From Marsupella aquatica (taxonomy: Eukaryota > Plantae > Marchantiophyta): 64,000 bases of DNA. Positions within the stretch are counted from its first letter, which is position 1. The number at the start of each line of letters is the position of its first letter. Positions 40,215 through 53,800 of this stretch are shown here, in pieces. The notes below the pieces were generated by a model that searched no databases, was not told where the DNA came from, and was given only the letters and a program-made list of their open reading frames with translations. The stretch spans positions 13,697,580-13,761,579 of the forward strand of contig OZ316894.1 in assembly GCA_973895155.1 (NCBI GenBank), read 5' to 3'. Made by a program: the position numbers and the translations under genes.

Positions 40215-42135
40215 GACTAAGGTGGAGGCCATTACATAGATTCCTTGTCCTACTGATGTGAGTAAAGTTCGTGCATTCTTGGGATTGACAAGCTATTATA
40301 TAGACGCTATGTTAAAGGATTTAGCCAGCTTGCTAAGCCTTAACCATACTATGTTGGACCAGGAGTGGATTTGGGGTGACGACCAAGAGCATGCTTTCCA
40401 AGAGTTGGAGGAAAGATTGGCGTTGACACCTATTTTGAGAAGACCTATTTTGGGATGACCAGTTCAACTACACACTGATTGGAGTGGGGTAGGACTTGGA
40501 GCAGTGCTCACTCAAAAGGATGATGAGGGGAATGAGTTTGTTGAGGTGTATGTCAATAAATCAAACAATTTAGTAGAGGCTAAGTATAGCTCTTATGAGT
40601 GAGAGTGTCTGGCAGCAGTGTGGGTTGTGGCACACTTCCGTTGCTATTTGTTTGGTAATCCGTTCACATTGATCACTGATCATCAGCCTCTTAAGTGGTT
40701 AATGGAGTCTAACAAACTTAGAGGGAGCTTGCACAATGAGCATTGTTGTTACAAGATTATGATTTTTAGGTTGTGCATAGGCCTAAAAAAGTGAACTTGG
40801 ATGCGGATGGGTTGAGCCACAATCCATGTATCAGTCAAGAGGATGAGATTGGAGCGCAACGGCATGATGAGTCACATAAGGAGAGTGTGCCAGGATAACA
40901 TGCATATGCCTTTCTTGTTGGGTTCCAACATGTAGTATATCTGTGCACTCTACTTTATTGGATGGGGTAGATGTTAAGTCTTCAAATATGGATGTTGATG
41001 ACTCGGTAGTTTTTGGACAACAAGATATTCACAATATATGATGAGAGAGTGTTGGAATATTTGCGTGGTGGCTCCATTGTTGGCAATTGTGATGCTAAGG
41101 AGCAAGATAGGGTTCTACAACGAGTCAAGAGGTTTTGATGGGAAGGAAACCATCTTTTGAGGATACTATGTGATGGTAAGGTGTTGGTTGTACCAAAACC
41201 ATCACAACAAGTACGCACAAGAGTTGAGTCACTTTGGTGTGAAGCGCATATATAGCTTGCTGTAGACACAATATTGGTGGCGTGGTATGCACACTGATGT
41301 CCAACAATTGATAACTAAGTGTATGGTATGTGATCAAGTGAGAGCATCGTTTAATGCTACACTTTGCAATTGCATCCGTTACCAATAATGGGGTTTGGGA
41401 TATCAATGGAGTTTGGACTTTGCTGGTCCATTGCCTCTTACCCCAGGTCATAATCAATTTGTTTTGGTTATGGTACAATAGATCCAAGCTTGGCTCATGT
41501 TCATGCCGGCTTGAAGTGTATGTTGTGTGGATCTGCTCAAGGAGCAGCCACTATGTTAATTTGTGATAAGCGTTTAAATTAGAGGATGACGCATGTTGTG
41601 TTTGACATCACCATTGGAGGTGATTCCTAGTGGATCATGGTTGTGTCCTCAATGTCGGTGAACCGACTAGTTATCATTTGTGTTCTCATATATGGAAGAT
41701 ATAGATTGCAGGAAGGTAATCGATGGGGCTCACTTGCACCCGGCCTCTTGATCTCCACACTTATAAATGGTGTATATCAACCTTGTAGAACTTATGGCTA
41801 GCTAGAGTTAAGGGACCTCACTCCCAGCTAGGGGGAAAATTGTGGGTTCAGGACATGTGTGGAGAGGAGTTCCACTTGTACTCCATTCTCTTATGTTTGT
41901 GATGTTGGATTGTGACTATGCTTAAGTAGATGTGTGTGACAAGGGTTGTATATTGTGTTGCAATGTGTATGATCACGACAACTGTCACACCATTATGAGT
42001 GATAGTATAGGATATCGGACTATGTAGGTTTGAGGCTTTCATATGTGTGTTATCTAAGTGTTTTAGGGTTAGTGTATGTTTGTGAGGGATAGTTATCCTT
42101 CTTTATTGACTCCAAGGTCTCATCTTTTGATGTGG
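40215..42135 (+). mobile_element. Degenerate Ty3/gypsy retrotransposon 3' part (RT end, RNase H, deleted integrase, PHD finger, PPT, 3' LTR start)
   Basis: VRAFLGLTSYY, LHTDWSGVGLGAVLTQKDD, LITDHQPLKWL, ADGLS and WSLDFAGPLP; PHD C..CG...MLICD...WLCPQC at about 41515-41657; PPT AGGGGGAAAA followed by TGTGGG at 41841. Confidence 0.9.
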
Positions 42136-43759
42136 AGGAACCATGATCCACTAGGAAACATTGACTTAACTAAGCAGATTCCTTTTGTTGAGGATGGTAT
42201 CAATTGGGATGGCAAAATTGCTACTAAGGATCCAATACTTTATAAAAGAATGTCACAACCATCCAAACGACCAAACATGACTGTGAGGAATCAAATGACT
42301 GGCAACTCATTTCACAATTGCAATGTGACCTTCAAGATTGTGCATCTTGGCACAGACGAGGAGAAGCAGAATGTAGAATACAATGTGCAGATGATAGACA
42401 GTATTTGACATATAGCTTACATGTAGCCTACAAGCCATTTCACAGATTAGCAACGATCGTTGTGATCAAATGTGCTTCAAACAAACGAGAGGTTTAGATA
42501 GAAAGGTTTAGTGATACAATGCCTTCCACAGATTCTAGCTTGGGAGACATTTATAAGAAAGTCGGCAGTGATTGATTTGATGATTTTAATTGTGATCCAA
42601 GATTTTGTCTGAGCATTTTACGATTGGGGTTGATCCAGAATGATCCCCTTTGAATAAAGTAATGACATTTTTTCAAACATGTGTCTATAGTGTATGAGGC
42701 AATTTAATAGTTGTTGTCTTCGGAAGTAAAGAAAGCAAAGTAAACATGAAACAACGGAAGCCAAAAATGACACGTGTTAATGACAAAAAGCTGTCATCCC
42801 CCATGGATGAGCATCTGAAGTTAACAATGATAGCTGGAATTAGAATGGATGGAATTATGTCCTTCTGTCCATGACGAGTTTTGGTAGACTACTTATAGTT
42901 TAGTAGGCTGATTATGGAGTTCTATCCATGGGTTATGTCTGCCAGATGTGTCAGGGCATGAAGTTATGTATAGGGTAATGGTCCTGCGATGTACCATTAA
43001 TGCGTATAAGGTTGACCATATGTTGCCCGTGTATGCAAGGAGGCATACGGGAGACTGTATATGTCTAATGGTTCACCACAAGCCCATTGGCCAACCTTAA
43101 GGGCATGCCTGTCACAAATAGGTCAGAAATGTTTTGGCATAGGCAATAGACAAGACCAATTTCTTATGACACACTTTGAGAGAGTAACTTCTTTGCACAT
43201 TCCAGAAAATTATGATTTATGAATGTCATATAGTCACATTATGAGACATAAAGTGATGATGCGACACATGATTGGCCCAAATACTCTTATTGGCCCAAAT
43301 ACTCTTATAGTAAACCGATGCCCTTAACCTACATGGAAGGGCCAACAAAACGTTTCTACACCGGTAACAGTGACACCAAACCGAAACTAGGATGAAAATA
43401 CTTGAATTACTTGGAGAGCCCCCAAGTGCCATACCACTACGCTACTCTACACTCCTTGTAGCTCCGGGCATCTCGTGTCGCATGGACATGCGAAGGGAAG
43501 GGGCTGAGATTGGATAGAAGTGGAAGAGCCAATGGTGGCCGAGATGGGCCCGGCGCCCCTGCCCTCACCAGCCCGCCCGTAAGTGTTTGCGCAGTACGAT
43601 CCGAGGGATGCAGCCCTCAGAACGTTCACGTCATCTTGTGTTCTCGATTCTCGCTCTTTCACCCCGACTCCCCGTCTCACTTACCCCGACTCCCCGGCTC
43701 ACGTTCGGCTTGCGGTATCTGAGTCATCGGCGAGCTTGGCCGATTGCGGTGAGGCGACC

Positions 43760-46700
43760 ATGGAAGCCTTCGGAATGAGCACCATCGCTACCGCGCCGAG
43801 TTTGATAACATGCAGCATTGACCGCACATGGACCAGGAGAAATGGCGCTACTCCCCCGTCGTCGTCGTCTACACAATTTTGTCATTCGGCGCAGGAGGAG
43901 AGGAAATTCTTAGCTGTGTCGGAGAACGTTTCTGGTGTGGAAGTACGCGGACACTTGAGCACCATCTCAAGTAACTTAGCGCTTGCATCTCTAGTATCGG
44001 GGTTTGCGATTGCCAAGTCTGCATTTGCCATTTCTTACGACGAAGTGGTAGGGGCAGCAGAAGAAGCGGCCAGCTCAAGCACTGATACTATCAGCTTTGA
44101 CTTACCTGAAGTGGACACCTCAGCGCTCACAGATTTTTTGAGTTCGAATCCGTTGGCCTTGCTGGGAGGCGGTGCAATTATTGCCCTGCCCTTTATCTTT
44201 TCGGCGATATTTAAGAAGCCTGAAGGGTATGGAACTGTTTCTGCAAAGCAAGCGTTTGAGAAACTTGGAGACAAGGTCCTGAAGAGTCAACTGCTGGATA
44301 TCCGCGATGCAGATGGTGTGAAGGAGGGTAAGCCAGATCTCAAGGTCTTCAAAAAGAAGGTAACCCAGCTACCTTACGATAGCGAGCTGGAGGGGTATGT
44401 TGCCAAAGTACTGAAACAATTTAAAGATGCAGAGGACACTACAATTTACGTTCTCGACCGGTAAGCTACTTGTTTGGCCCGACCTCGGAGGCCTTTTTTC
44501 CGTGCAATTGATAACAGTAGCTCTCCCGTTACAGCCTCGTGGTGTCGCGCCGCTTTCAATCCTGTTTATCTTCCGTGATGAGCGTTTATCACTCTGAGTT
44601 GCGAACAGACACCAATGTGATTACAGATTCTATGCTATCAAGTCCTCTTAAGAGCAGAGAGTAGTCCACCTAGAGAGGTTGTACCGTGGCAGTTGGGTGC
44701 ATGAAATTCTACCGGTTGCATGTTGATGGTTCAGACAACTTCAGTAAGTCGACCATATTCTACCTTAGAATGTTAGCTTCAAGTTTGGTAAGAAATTGTA
44801 GAGTGGGTGGAAGTCTATCGTCTCACCTCTTAGACTTTTGTAATCATTTTGTCGAACAGGATTTCCTTCATCTCCATTCATCATGAGTGACCCATGTTTG
44901 ACTGCCTAATAGAATGCCCCGAGGATCAGGATTTCGTCATGTCTGGGATGCAGTTTGCCTTCTGCCATCAAGCGAGTTTGTCTTGTTTTCAAATTAGTGT
45001 GATATGAGTTCCACATCTTTTGAATTGTAACGCATGCTGGTGAACTTTTGAGGAATCAACTGGTACTTCATTTGAAATTACTTTCTGGACATGATTTGTA
45101 GGTTTGATGGAGATTCGCTAAGTGTTGCCAAGTTGTTGGCCAATGGTGGCTTTAAAGCTGCATATGCGGTCAAAGACGGTGCTGAAGGGCCCAGTGGGTG
45201 GCAGGTATAATATTTTCTTGCCGGTCCGTTTCCATGCTGCTAACGTAGCAGCTTATATGTTTGTCTCTTAAAGATCAGAATTCGGCCCGTCAGTCCAAGA
45301 GACATCTATTGGAAATCACGATCTTTATTTGTTCTCAAGCTAGGCTCCTGTATTCTCTGCGCAATTTTGATCTGAAACTTTCGACTCTACTCCCGGAAGT
45401 CTTCGTATATTGTTGCGTCTAATGCCTGGTTGGATCCTTGTAAACAATATAATCCTGCTATTCAACACTGCGACTCTAAAAGGTCGTGAGAGTTGATTCA
45501 ATTTGTCAACATGATGTCGTATAGTTTGACATTCATTTGAAACTTATTCTGCGCTTGCCATGAATTGAGTTCATTGGGTGTTTTTACCAGGCTATTCCAT
45601 GAATAATATTGGCTCTGCATCTTTGGTTTTACTTTCTCCTGATAAGCGTGGTGAATTTTCATCTGAAATGAACAGAATAGTGAGCTGCCGTGGCTAGTGC
45701 CTGCCAAATTCTCACTTGGAAGCTTCAAAGAATTACTCTCCGCTTCGGTTGGTACACTTGAACCGCTTTGAGTTTTTCATTCCCGTCTTTGCAGGGTTGG
45801 TATCTTAGACTAAGGACTTAAGAGACAAAACTTTGAGCTTCAGATTTAAAGCATTTATTGAACAGGTGGAAGGATTTTCTGGGGCGTAAATGCAAGGTTT
45901 GTCTAGTCTTTTGATAGTGATATCTGAGACACCTTGTTTGCGCTCTGCCAGGATACCGGAAATATACTACCTGCCACGTTGGGGGTGGCAGCAGCTGCTG
46001 GTGTCGGACTTGTTGTGTTCTCTGAGGTTTTCATCGAATGTTTATCTTATGGAATTCCATGCTACGTTTGTTAGTACATCTAAAACTTATTTTTTTGTTT
46101 GATCTTATTGTTCTGTGAAGATATAAATAGGAAGTCAAGAGACGTTTCATGTTGGCTAAAACTTGGCCGATGGTCTACAGGCAGAGACAGCTCTACAACT
46201 ATTGGGTTCTGCAGCCATTGTGCAGCTTTTTGTAAAGAAGTTCCTATTTGCGGCGGTGAGTTGAGGGCATGTCGGTTGAGTTTATGAATGTATTGTTTTG
46301 CCCTGTCCCGTCTTCGTTTCAGGGGTTGTGGTTTAAGGATGACCCCGGCGATTTATCTCTGTAATAGATTTTATGTACCTGAATGCCATGGTTTTGGGTT
46401 GAGGGAGGCAGGATCGGAAGACGACTGTAGAAGAGCTCAAGACATTCCTAGATACCAAGGTTGCTCCAAAGGAGTTTGTTGACGAACTGAAGGTTTGCCT
46501 GCATGCCTTACGTGCTCGGTTTTTATAGAACACTTATATAATTTGCTGCTGGGCCAAATTTGCTCTCGAATCTAGTACATCGAGTTGTTCTTGGAAGTCC
46601 ACTTCACAATTCTTCGGTGCAACGTCAGTCGATTTGGCAAAATGTGCGCTTAGATTATGTAGCAGTATCATGCCTGGACTAGGAATAGCTGTGTGATGCC

Positions 46701-47331
46701 TTTCGCTTTTATCATCCAGGAAATTGCCGACGTGATCCTCCCCAAATATGAAGAAGCTAAACAAGCATCGGTAAATGGTGCCGCTGTAGTGGAAAGTACA
46801 ATCGCGGATGTCGCTGCTGAGACGGTTGCCAGTGTCGAGGAGAAGACATCTATTCTATCTTCTGAAATCGCGGATGTAGCTGCTGAGACGGCTGCTAGTG
46901 TCGAGGAGAAGACATCTGTTGTATCTTCTGAAGTCGCGGATGTAGCTGCTGAGACCGCTGCCAGTGTTGAAGATAAGACAACTACTCCTACCGAGCCAAA
47001 GGACGAGGAAAAGCAAGAAGTCAAGGAAACAGAAAGCTCACTCGCAAGCTCAACAGAACTTCCTCGAGCTTTTAGGCCTCTGTCTCCGTACGCCCAGGTA
47101 GCCAGGTTTAACGTCGTCCGAATAGAGTGGTTCTAGCGTCTTTAACAACTTTGCTTTCCGAACCACCCATTCTAGGGCTAGTAAACAAGGTGGCGCGTGG
47201 CTTGTTGAACTGCGGCCTGTGTGGAGGTCATTTAATATTCTATCGTGTGTTTCTTACATGTTGGTACTCTGATTGTTTTGCAGTATCCAGGATTGAAACC
47301 TCCATCGTCCCCAACACCATCAAGGCCCTGA
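43760..47331 (+). CDS. TROL: Thylakoid rhodanese-like protein (TROL/STR4), chloroplast FNR anchor, 8 exons
   Basis: Exons 43760-44460, 45102-45204, 45676-45747, 45952-46026, 46181-46255, 46412-46492, 46720-47097 and 47284-47331. Transit peptide, transmembrane helix, inactive rhodanese domain (LLDIR...GKPDL; LDRFDG; GGFKAAYAVKDGAEGPSGW) and C-terminal RPLSPYAQYPGLKPPSSPTPSRP FNR-binding motif. Confidence 0.93.
46801..46980 (+). repeat. Coding tandem repeat, 66-bp/22-aa unit (IADVAAETAASVEEKTSxxSSE) x about 2.7
   Basis: Units at 46801-46866, 46867-46932 and 46933-46980 inside TROL exon 7. Confidence 0.9.
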
Positions 47332-47954
47332 GTGTCCTAGTTGCTTCTGGCTGAAGTTACTCAGTTTGAAGCCACATTGCATTGATCCTTGTGTAGTTTA
47401 TCTGAAAGTATCTTGCAGTTAATTTCTATCCCAACTCTAAGCCACGTTCCAACTTTATTTCCTTGTAGTGCAAAACGCTTCCATAAAGGCATATACATTT
47501 GAGTGTACAGGGCCATCGGTTGAGAGCATTCTTTGTATAGATTGGCGGGTTTTCTGACGCCTGAGTGGCATTCTAGTGGTTTGGAGAGACTTACTACATG
47601 ATCATTGAGTATCAGTTAGTTTACCTGCCATTTGTGTAGTTTTGAGCCAATGAAGCAAATGGTCGTCCAGTGCCAGTTTGAGACGTACGAGTCCTAAAGT
47701 CACTTCCAGACTCTCTTGGCTGATAGCGAATGGTAGATTTACCCCTTCGAAAATTCCCTACTATTGTTTTGCAAGATTGTGTGTGGTTTAAAGAGGAAAA
47801 ACTGTGAGAAAAACAAAGAAGTCTTATACACTATGACCAATGGTGGTTTAAAAATAATTATCAGTGGTGGTTCAAAAATAGAGACACTTCTCGTTTTATA
47901 TGACATTTAAAAATATATGACCAGTGATGGTTTAAAAATAGAGATCAAGACACA

Positions 47955-48432
47955 GGGCAATTATTGAGCCACTTAAAATTTTAGCATCACTTACCCGTAG
48001 AGGGCACTGCCCAATTATTGAACCACTTAAAATTTTAACATCACTTACCTGTAGAGGGCACTGCGGGATCATGCAGCAAGAGAACGGACTTAACAATGAA
48101 TGAAGTAACTGGTAGTAACAACACGTCTGTAGATAACTAAATCCAGAATCCAGAAAATTATGAAGCTGCCATATTGTGAATACACCTTTCAATCCACCTA
48201 CACTTATGAAGCTTTTATATGGTGAATCCACCTTTCACTACACAATACACCTAGTGAATTCATCTTTCAGATTTTGTTCCTTTATATTTTGTGTCAAGTA
48301 TTTTGATTTTAATGTGTATTAACAAGGTGAATCATTTGTATTAATTTATTTTAAATTAAAATTTATCAAGTATTTTGATTTTAATGTGCCTTAACAAGAT
48401 GAATCATTTGTATTAATTTAATTTTGAATTAA
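47955..48432. repeat. Two short AT-rich tandem duplications (about 57 bp and about 72 bp units)
   Basis: caattattga.ccacttaaaatttta.catcacttacc.gtagagggcactgc twice at about 47958-48064; tcaagtattttgattttaatgtg...aatcatttgtattaattta twice at about 48294-48432. Confidence 0.75.
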
Positions 48433-48756
48433 CTTTTGGACCCATTTTAATTTTAGTGAACTTAGAGTATTTTAATGTATTTGGCTCCCCTCATAAAAGT
48501 TTAATCTTTCTTTTTCAATCACTCCTTAGTGAATTCATTTTTTTCTTATGAGAGTGAGAGAAATGAATTTGAATAATGTGCACATTTGGCGCTAAGTTAC
48601 ACTCGTGCTCTATTTTGCAAAATTCATGGTTTTAATTGAGTTTACTTTCATTACCTAGAAGCAAGTGAAAATCTAATATGTGCACAATTTTTTAGTACCT
48701 TTGTACTTTCTTGGTCATAATGTGATTTTCTTTACATGTGACTATAGTCTCTGATA

Positions 48757-48962
48757 AAAAAAAACTCCTAACTCTCCTTTGGGCGCTTCTACTCTTACAT
48801 AATGTTCCTGTTTTGGTAACTTGAAAGTGGGCGAAGGATTTTTACTGATAAATTGATATTCAAATGAGTTCCATTCTGAACTTCTTTGTTTATTTAGTCG
48901 TCTAGCCTCCAAATTTTCGTAGGGCCCTCCCGGAATAGCTTTCAAAGCTTGTTGAATTATTG
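48757..48962 (-). pseudogene. ndhH: NUPT: nuclear copy of an internal fragment of plastid ndhH
   Basis: [22 protein letters not shown]...[35 protein letters not shown] is characteristic NdhH sequence. It is about 200 bp, AT-rich, and has no start codon, transit peptide or flanking plastid genes. Confidence 0.92.
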
Positions 48963-50801
48963 TGTATAGTTTTGTGTGTTATGTCATTCGCTCTTAATTA
49001 ACAGATTAATGTTTTGGCATATGCTTTACATGTAACTATTTTTTATCATAAAATAAATTAAATGAATTACATATCACTACAGGACAAAAAAGAGACATCT
49101 TCTAGGATGAGCATGCTATAAAGTTTTCTTTGCAACACAATCATGACAAGAAATAGGAACTAAACCAAAATTACTGAAAAAGGACCTGTTTGAACATGGA
49201 GGGACAAACTTGACGAATTGCAGCAATTGCATTTGCTGGTAGCAATTACCTGCGTTGTCAATTTTGCAGAAAAGCCTAACAGAACTATTGTTGTAATAGA
49301 ATTACTTGTTTAGTTGCCCCTTTCTGAGCTTCTCCCTGGCACTGGCTTCCCCCGTTTTTTAGTTTTTTAGCACATCTGCCTCTTGGGTGTGGCCCTTTTG
49401 GTGTATTTGAATAGAATTCACTTGGTTTTTTCTAGGGAAAAAAAAACAAAACTACTGTTGTGCCCTACTCGTTATTGATGTGCAGTAAATTTTACGTAGA
49501 GTAGCAAGTAGTGCATGTGAAAACTGTCGCTGTCATGCAAGTTTGGTAAACTCTGAGATCATTGAACAAAGTTCAACCACTCTACTTATGCAGTGAAAAT
49601 GTGAAATAGATTTTGGCCTTACAGCTGGTCCCCCGGGCGTATAAATTGAATTCGAGTCGAGCATGTTTGGAAACGAGAGAACCCACGAGCAGAGTAAGTA
49701 AGAACTAAGGCCCAGGAAGGTGTGTTCTCGTGTGCACAGACAAATCATAAAGTACAGAACGGAGATGTGGCAGGTTATCACAGAGTAGCACTTTCTAGAC
49801 TATGGAATCTCAGACTCCGAATTGAAACCATCAAATGACAATTTACTCCCGTCGTTACGTAAGTAGCTAATTTCCTTACAGTCAGTGATCAATCGTTTCT
49901 TACTGGTGAGTGTGAATGTGTCAAAAATTGTCACGAGAATTAAGACCACATTGGATAGAAAATTCTAGGATTTTTAATACTTCAATTGTAAGGTTGTTCG
50001 TTCCAGCTTACTCCCCAAGGACTGAAGCACCGAACATTTCTAGGATTCACAATGCAAATGTAAATCTTCCGTGGAGATTGATGTGGCAATGTCACCTCCG
50101 TGCTTAAGCCAGGCGGAACTTCAGTGTGCATGCTCTTTCATCAACATCGGCTGTTTTCGTGGTACAAACAAACAGTGGCTATGCACTGCTGATAATATGG
50201 AAATGGGAGCACTGTTTATTATGAATTTCCGTGGGCTGGACAGGAGAAGAGAAAGGCGATAAGAATAAGAAAAGTGATCTCCGGTGAAAATATCTGTGGC
50301 TTAAAACAATAGAAGTAGTTCGTCCCTGGAAGACATTCCAACAAATCTTAGGCACATGATAAGCCACTTCAGAGGTGCCACATGTGTGGTCTCCAAGATA
50401 CAAAATCAATGGCGAGCAATGATTCCTCCAGGAATCACAAATAGCTCCATCTCTTGTAGCAGTACATCATTACCCTACATAGTTCATCGTTGACACTCCT
50501 TCCGACCTTGCATACATTGTGCAATTTTCTTCCGTGCTCAACATTTTACAGGCAGGGATTTTGGAGCAGCAAATCCCGTCCTGGACGAAAAACTGTAAGA
50601 GTAAGGAAAAACGAATGGTGAAACATATTCGGCAAAGGGTTGCGATTGATTAAACCCATAAGATGTCGGAAGCTAATATACCCTCTCCTATGTCACAAGT
50701 ACAGACCTAGGGACCAGTCCAACCGAGACTTACATCTACTGCCCGATAGTCAGCCTCAGGGAAGGCTGGAACAACAATGCAAGCAAAGTGCCACAAAAAA
50801 A

Positions 50802-53800
50802 TTAAACAGCTACAGCTTCTGCTTTTGCGTCTACTGGACTGTGCTCGCCAATCTGTGGAAAGTCCAAACGGAAGATATTAGGGACACAAACCGATTTCAA
50901 CACACGCCTAGTAAAACACGTCTTCATCCACTCTTACAAATTAGAATGAGTAACATCGATACTGAAGCAAACCTATGATGGCAAAATGTTTTTCATAGTT
51001 CTGCAGATAGAAACATTGGGTTTCAGCCATGCTTAGTACAACGTTTCCAGTTCCCTCATTGACTTGAAAACACCTCAAAAACGGTACAAACCTTAGCAGA
51101 CTTGAATAATTCATCCAGAACTTCAGACAAAGTAGGATGTGCATGTACGGCAAATTTGATTTCCTGTAAGATAAAACATTAGTCAGGTAGAATTTTTTCC
51201 AGTTAGGTAGAATCAATCTCTTAGTACAGATTTTCGATTGACTGCTACTGCATTGATAGCTCAGCAGGACGAGGATACATAATTCGAATTACTTGCTGAC
51301 GTACGGGTTGTAACAGAATGCGTAAGAAAAGCAGTAACTAGTAAAAACAAAGTAATACCTTGATAGTGGTTCCCAAAGCAATGGCGTTTGAAGCTTCATG
51401 AATGAGATCAGCTGCATGAAGTCCAAGAATATGTACTCCCAAAATCTCACTGGTATCAGCTCGGTAGATCAACTGCAGGAGCACAAAAATGCTCATTAAC
51501 AAGCTTTGTAAGTTAAAGAGTCTATCGATCATGTGGCATACACAAATGAAGGCGAGTTCACCATTGAGCAGCGAGTCCATCATAACCAGATCGTCGGTAG
51601 TATACAGCAGCCTGCTTCAGAATCATACCTTCGCAAGACCTTCACCCTCGTTCTCAGCAAGGGCTTTCGTGTTGGCCTTGAAGCTTGTTTTCGCAACAAG
51701 CACCTCGAAACCCTCCTCCTCAGCCTTCTTTCTTGCTTGAGGCTGCAGTTGAAAGTTACGCATTTAGTATAGTTGTCACAGTTCAGATCATAAAAGAGCC
51801 GTTTAAAGATCCTTGATGATAAGACTAATTACAGGATAAAACGAACCTCTGTAAGTCCAACCATGCTGATCTCAGGATGGGTGAAGCATGCAGCTGGGAT
51901 GCTCAGATGATTCAAGACATTATCATTATCTGTAATTTGCTCAACCACTGCCCACCCATATGACACCAATATCAGCAATTGCATGAAAACTTGCATCTTT
52001 AGGCAAGAATGAACAAATCTGCATAGACGCTATGGCTAATTTTGAGAATTCTTTACCAATGGACGTGTGCTTCGGACGACATATATATCCAAAAAGGAAT
52101 CAAAACTTACCAGAAATGCCCTGTGCACTAGCAGCATGGGCCAACATCATCTTCCCATTAGCATCTCCAATACAGAAGAGACCTGGCACCTACATTTCAC
52201 AAATTCAAGCTTAATTCAAAGCTGACGTCTTGAGAGACGAAAACTGAGGATCCAATTGAGCAAGCGTGGCATCACATGCCCTCGCACGACATAACTTCAC
52301 AAACATCTTCCCGGGGCAAAAGCAGTTTGCTACAAGTCCGGTACCCACCACTTTTCCATCGTTATCAGTAACTCTCATTCTCTCATCGACTGGCACAAAT
52401 CCTCTCTGAGTTGCCACATTAATCTGTAAAACAAGAAAAAACAAGGTGAGTCGGCGGACTACTAAAACAGAATCTATACCAATGTGTTAGCTGGAACGAT
52501 GTTCCCCTAATGTATTGACAACAGTCACAGACCAGTGAAAAGGAACACAAGGTCAGTATTTTTAAACTTTTAGGAATGCAATATATTGGCTCAGAACAAC
52601 CAGCCCAGAGACGTAAGTTAAACAACTGTACATACATTCTCAAGCCCCAATCCTTTAGTGAAAGGCGCTCTTCCCGTCGCAATAAGAGCAGCATCAACCT
52701 GCAAAGCGTTCAAACCTCAAGGTAAATACATTGACAGGTATCTTTGGTGAAAATTCCTTATTCTTAGGCTGGCCCAAAAGACTTCTATAAAATAATTTCA
52801 TTCAGAACCTGAAGTTTACAGTATGAAGCGTAGTGGCAAACTGCTCCACTGGCCTAGTATAAACGACAACTTCAAACGCTACAAAATTAACAAGTTCGGC
52901 CAAAAAAGGAAGCAATCCGCACCTCCAGTATTTCCTTTGGCTCTTTCGTCTTCGTGTCAATGAGCTCAATCCTCACTGGTTTTCCATCTTTAGCAGGAGT
53001 GATCTGCACAAATTAGTCCGAAGCTGACATGAGGAAATATGAAGGGTAGTGTTTGCAGCACACAAACACTCTTGACTAATCCATACTTTCACACCTTCAC
53101 TTTCCAATACGCACCTTCTTCGCAATCACGCCTGTATGCCAGTCAATTTTGCGAGGATTGATCAAAACCCTCTGTGCCAACTTCCCAATTTCAGGATCAA
53201 AACCTGGCATCAAATTATCAAGGGCCTCGATGAACGTGACCTGCAGATAGGGAGCAGGTGAAAAGCATCGTTGGTTCAAAAATTATCGACTGACCAGCGT
53301 CTTGCCAAAAGAGCCAAACCTTGTCACTGCCGCTAGTTGCTAACTGGTGTCACGTTAGAAGTCAGCTAATTCCTTCCTCTTTAAGCTATCCACTAGCAGC
53401 CAATCACATCATCAAAATATCATATAACCTCAGTGCTCACGCAAAAACAATAAGGTAACACATGTCCTGGAGAAAGATACCCACCTCACTCCCAAGTGCA
53501 GTATAAACATCACTGAACTCAAGACCAATATAACCACTGCCGACAATGGCTAACCAGTCTGGAATCCATTCCAACTTTAGTGCGTGGTCACTTGTGAACA
53601 CAGTGTTCCCTGCTTGTGGAAATGTCCAGTTATCAGCAGAGATACTGTACTTAAACATCAATCACCAAGTTTACGACTGAAGCTAATGGGAAGAAGTTGA
53701 CCCCAAGAAAGAACGAGAATCTTGGAAAAGTATGGCCAGAGAAATCAATGGATAGGAATTCAAAAGATAAATATTGTTTCTTCAATGATAAAAACAGAAA

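Noticed and set aside
43583-43759. N-terminal extension of TROL in the ORF track
   Set aside because: It starts at a non-ATG codon; the first ATG in good context (GCGACCATGG) is at 43760.
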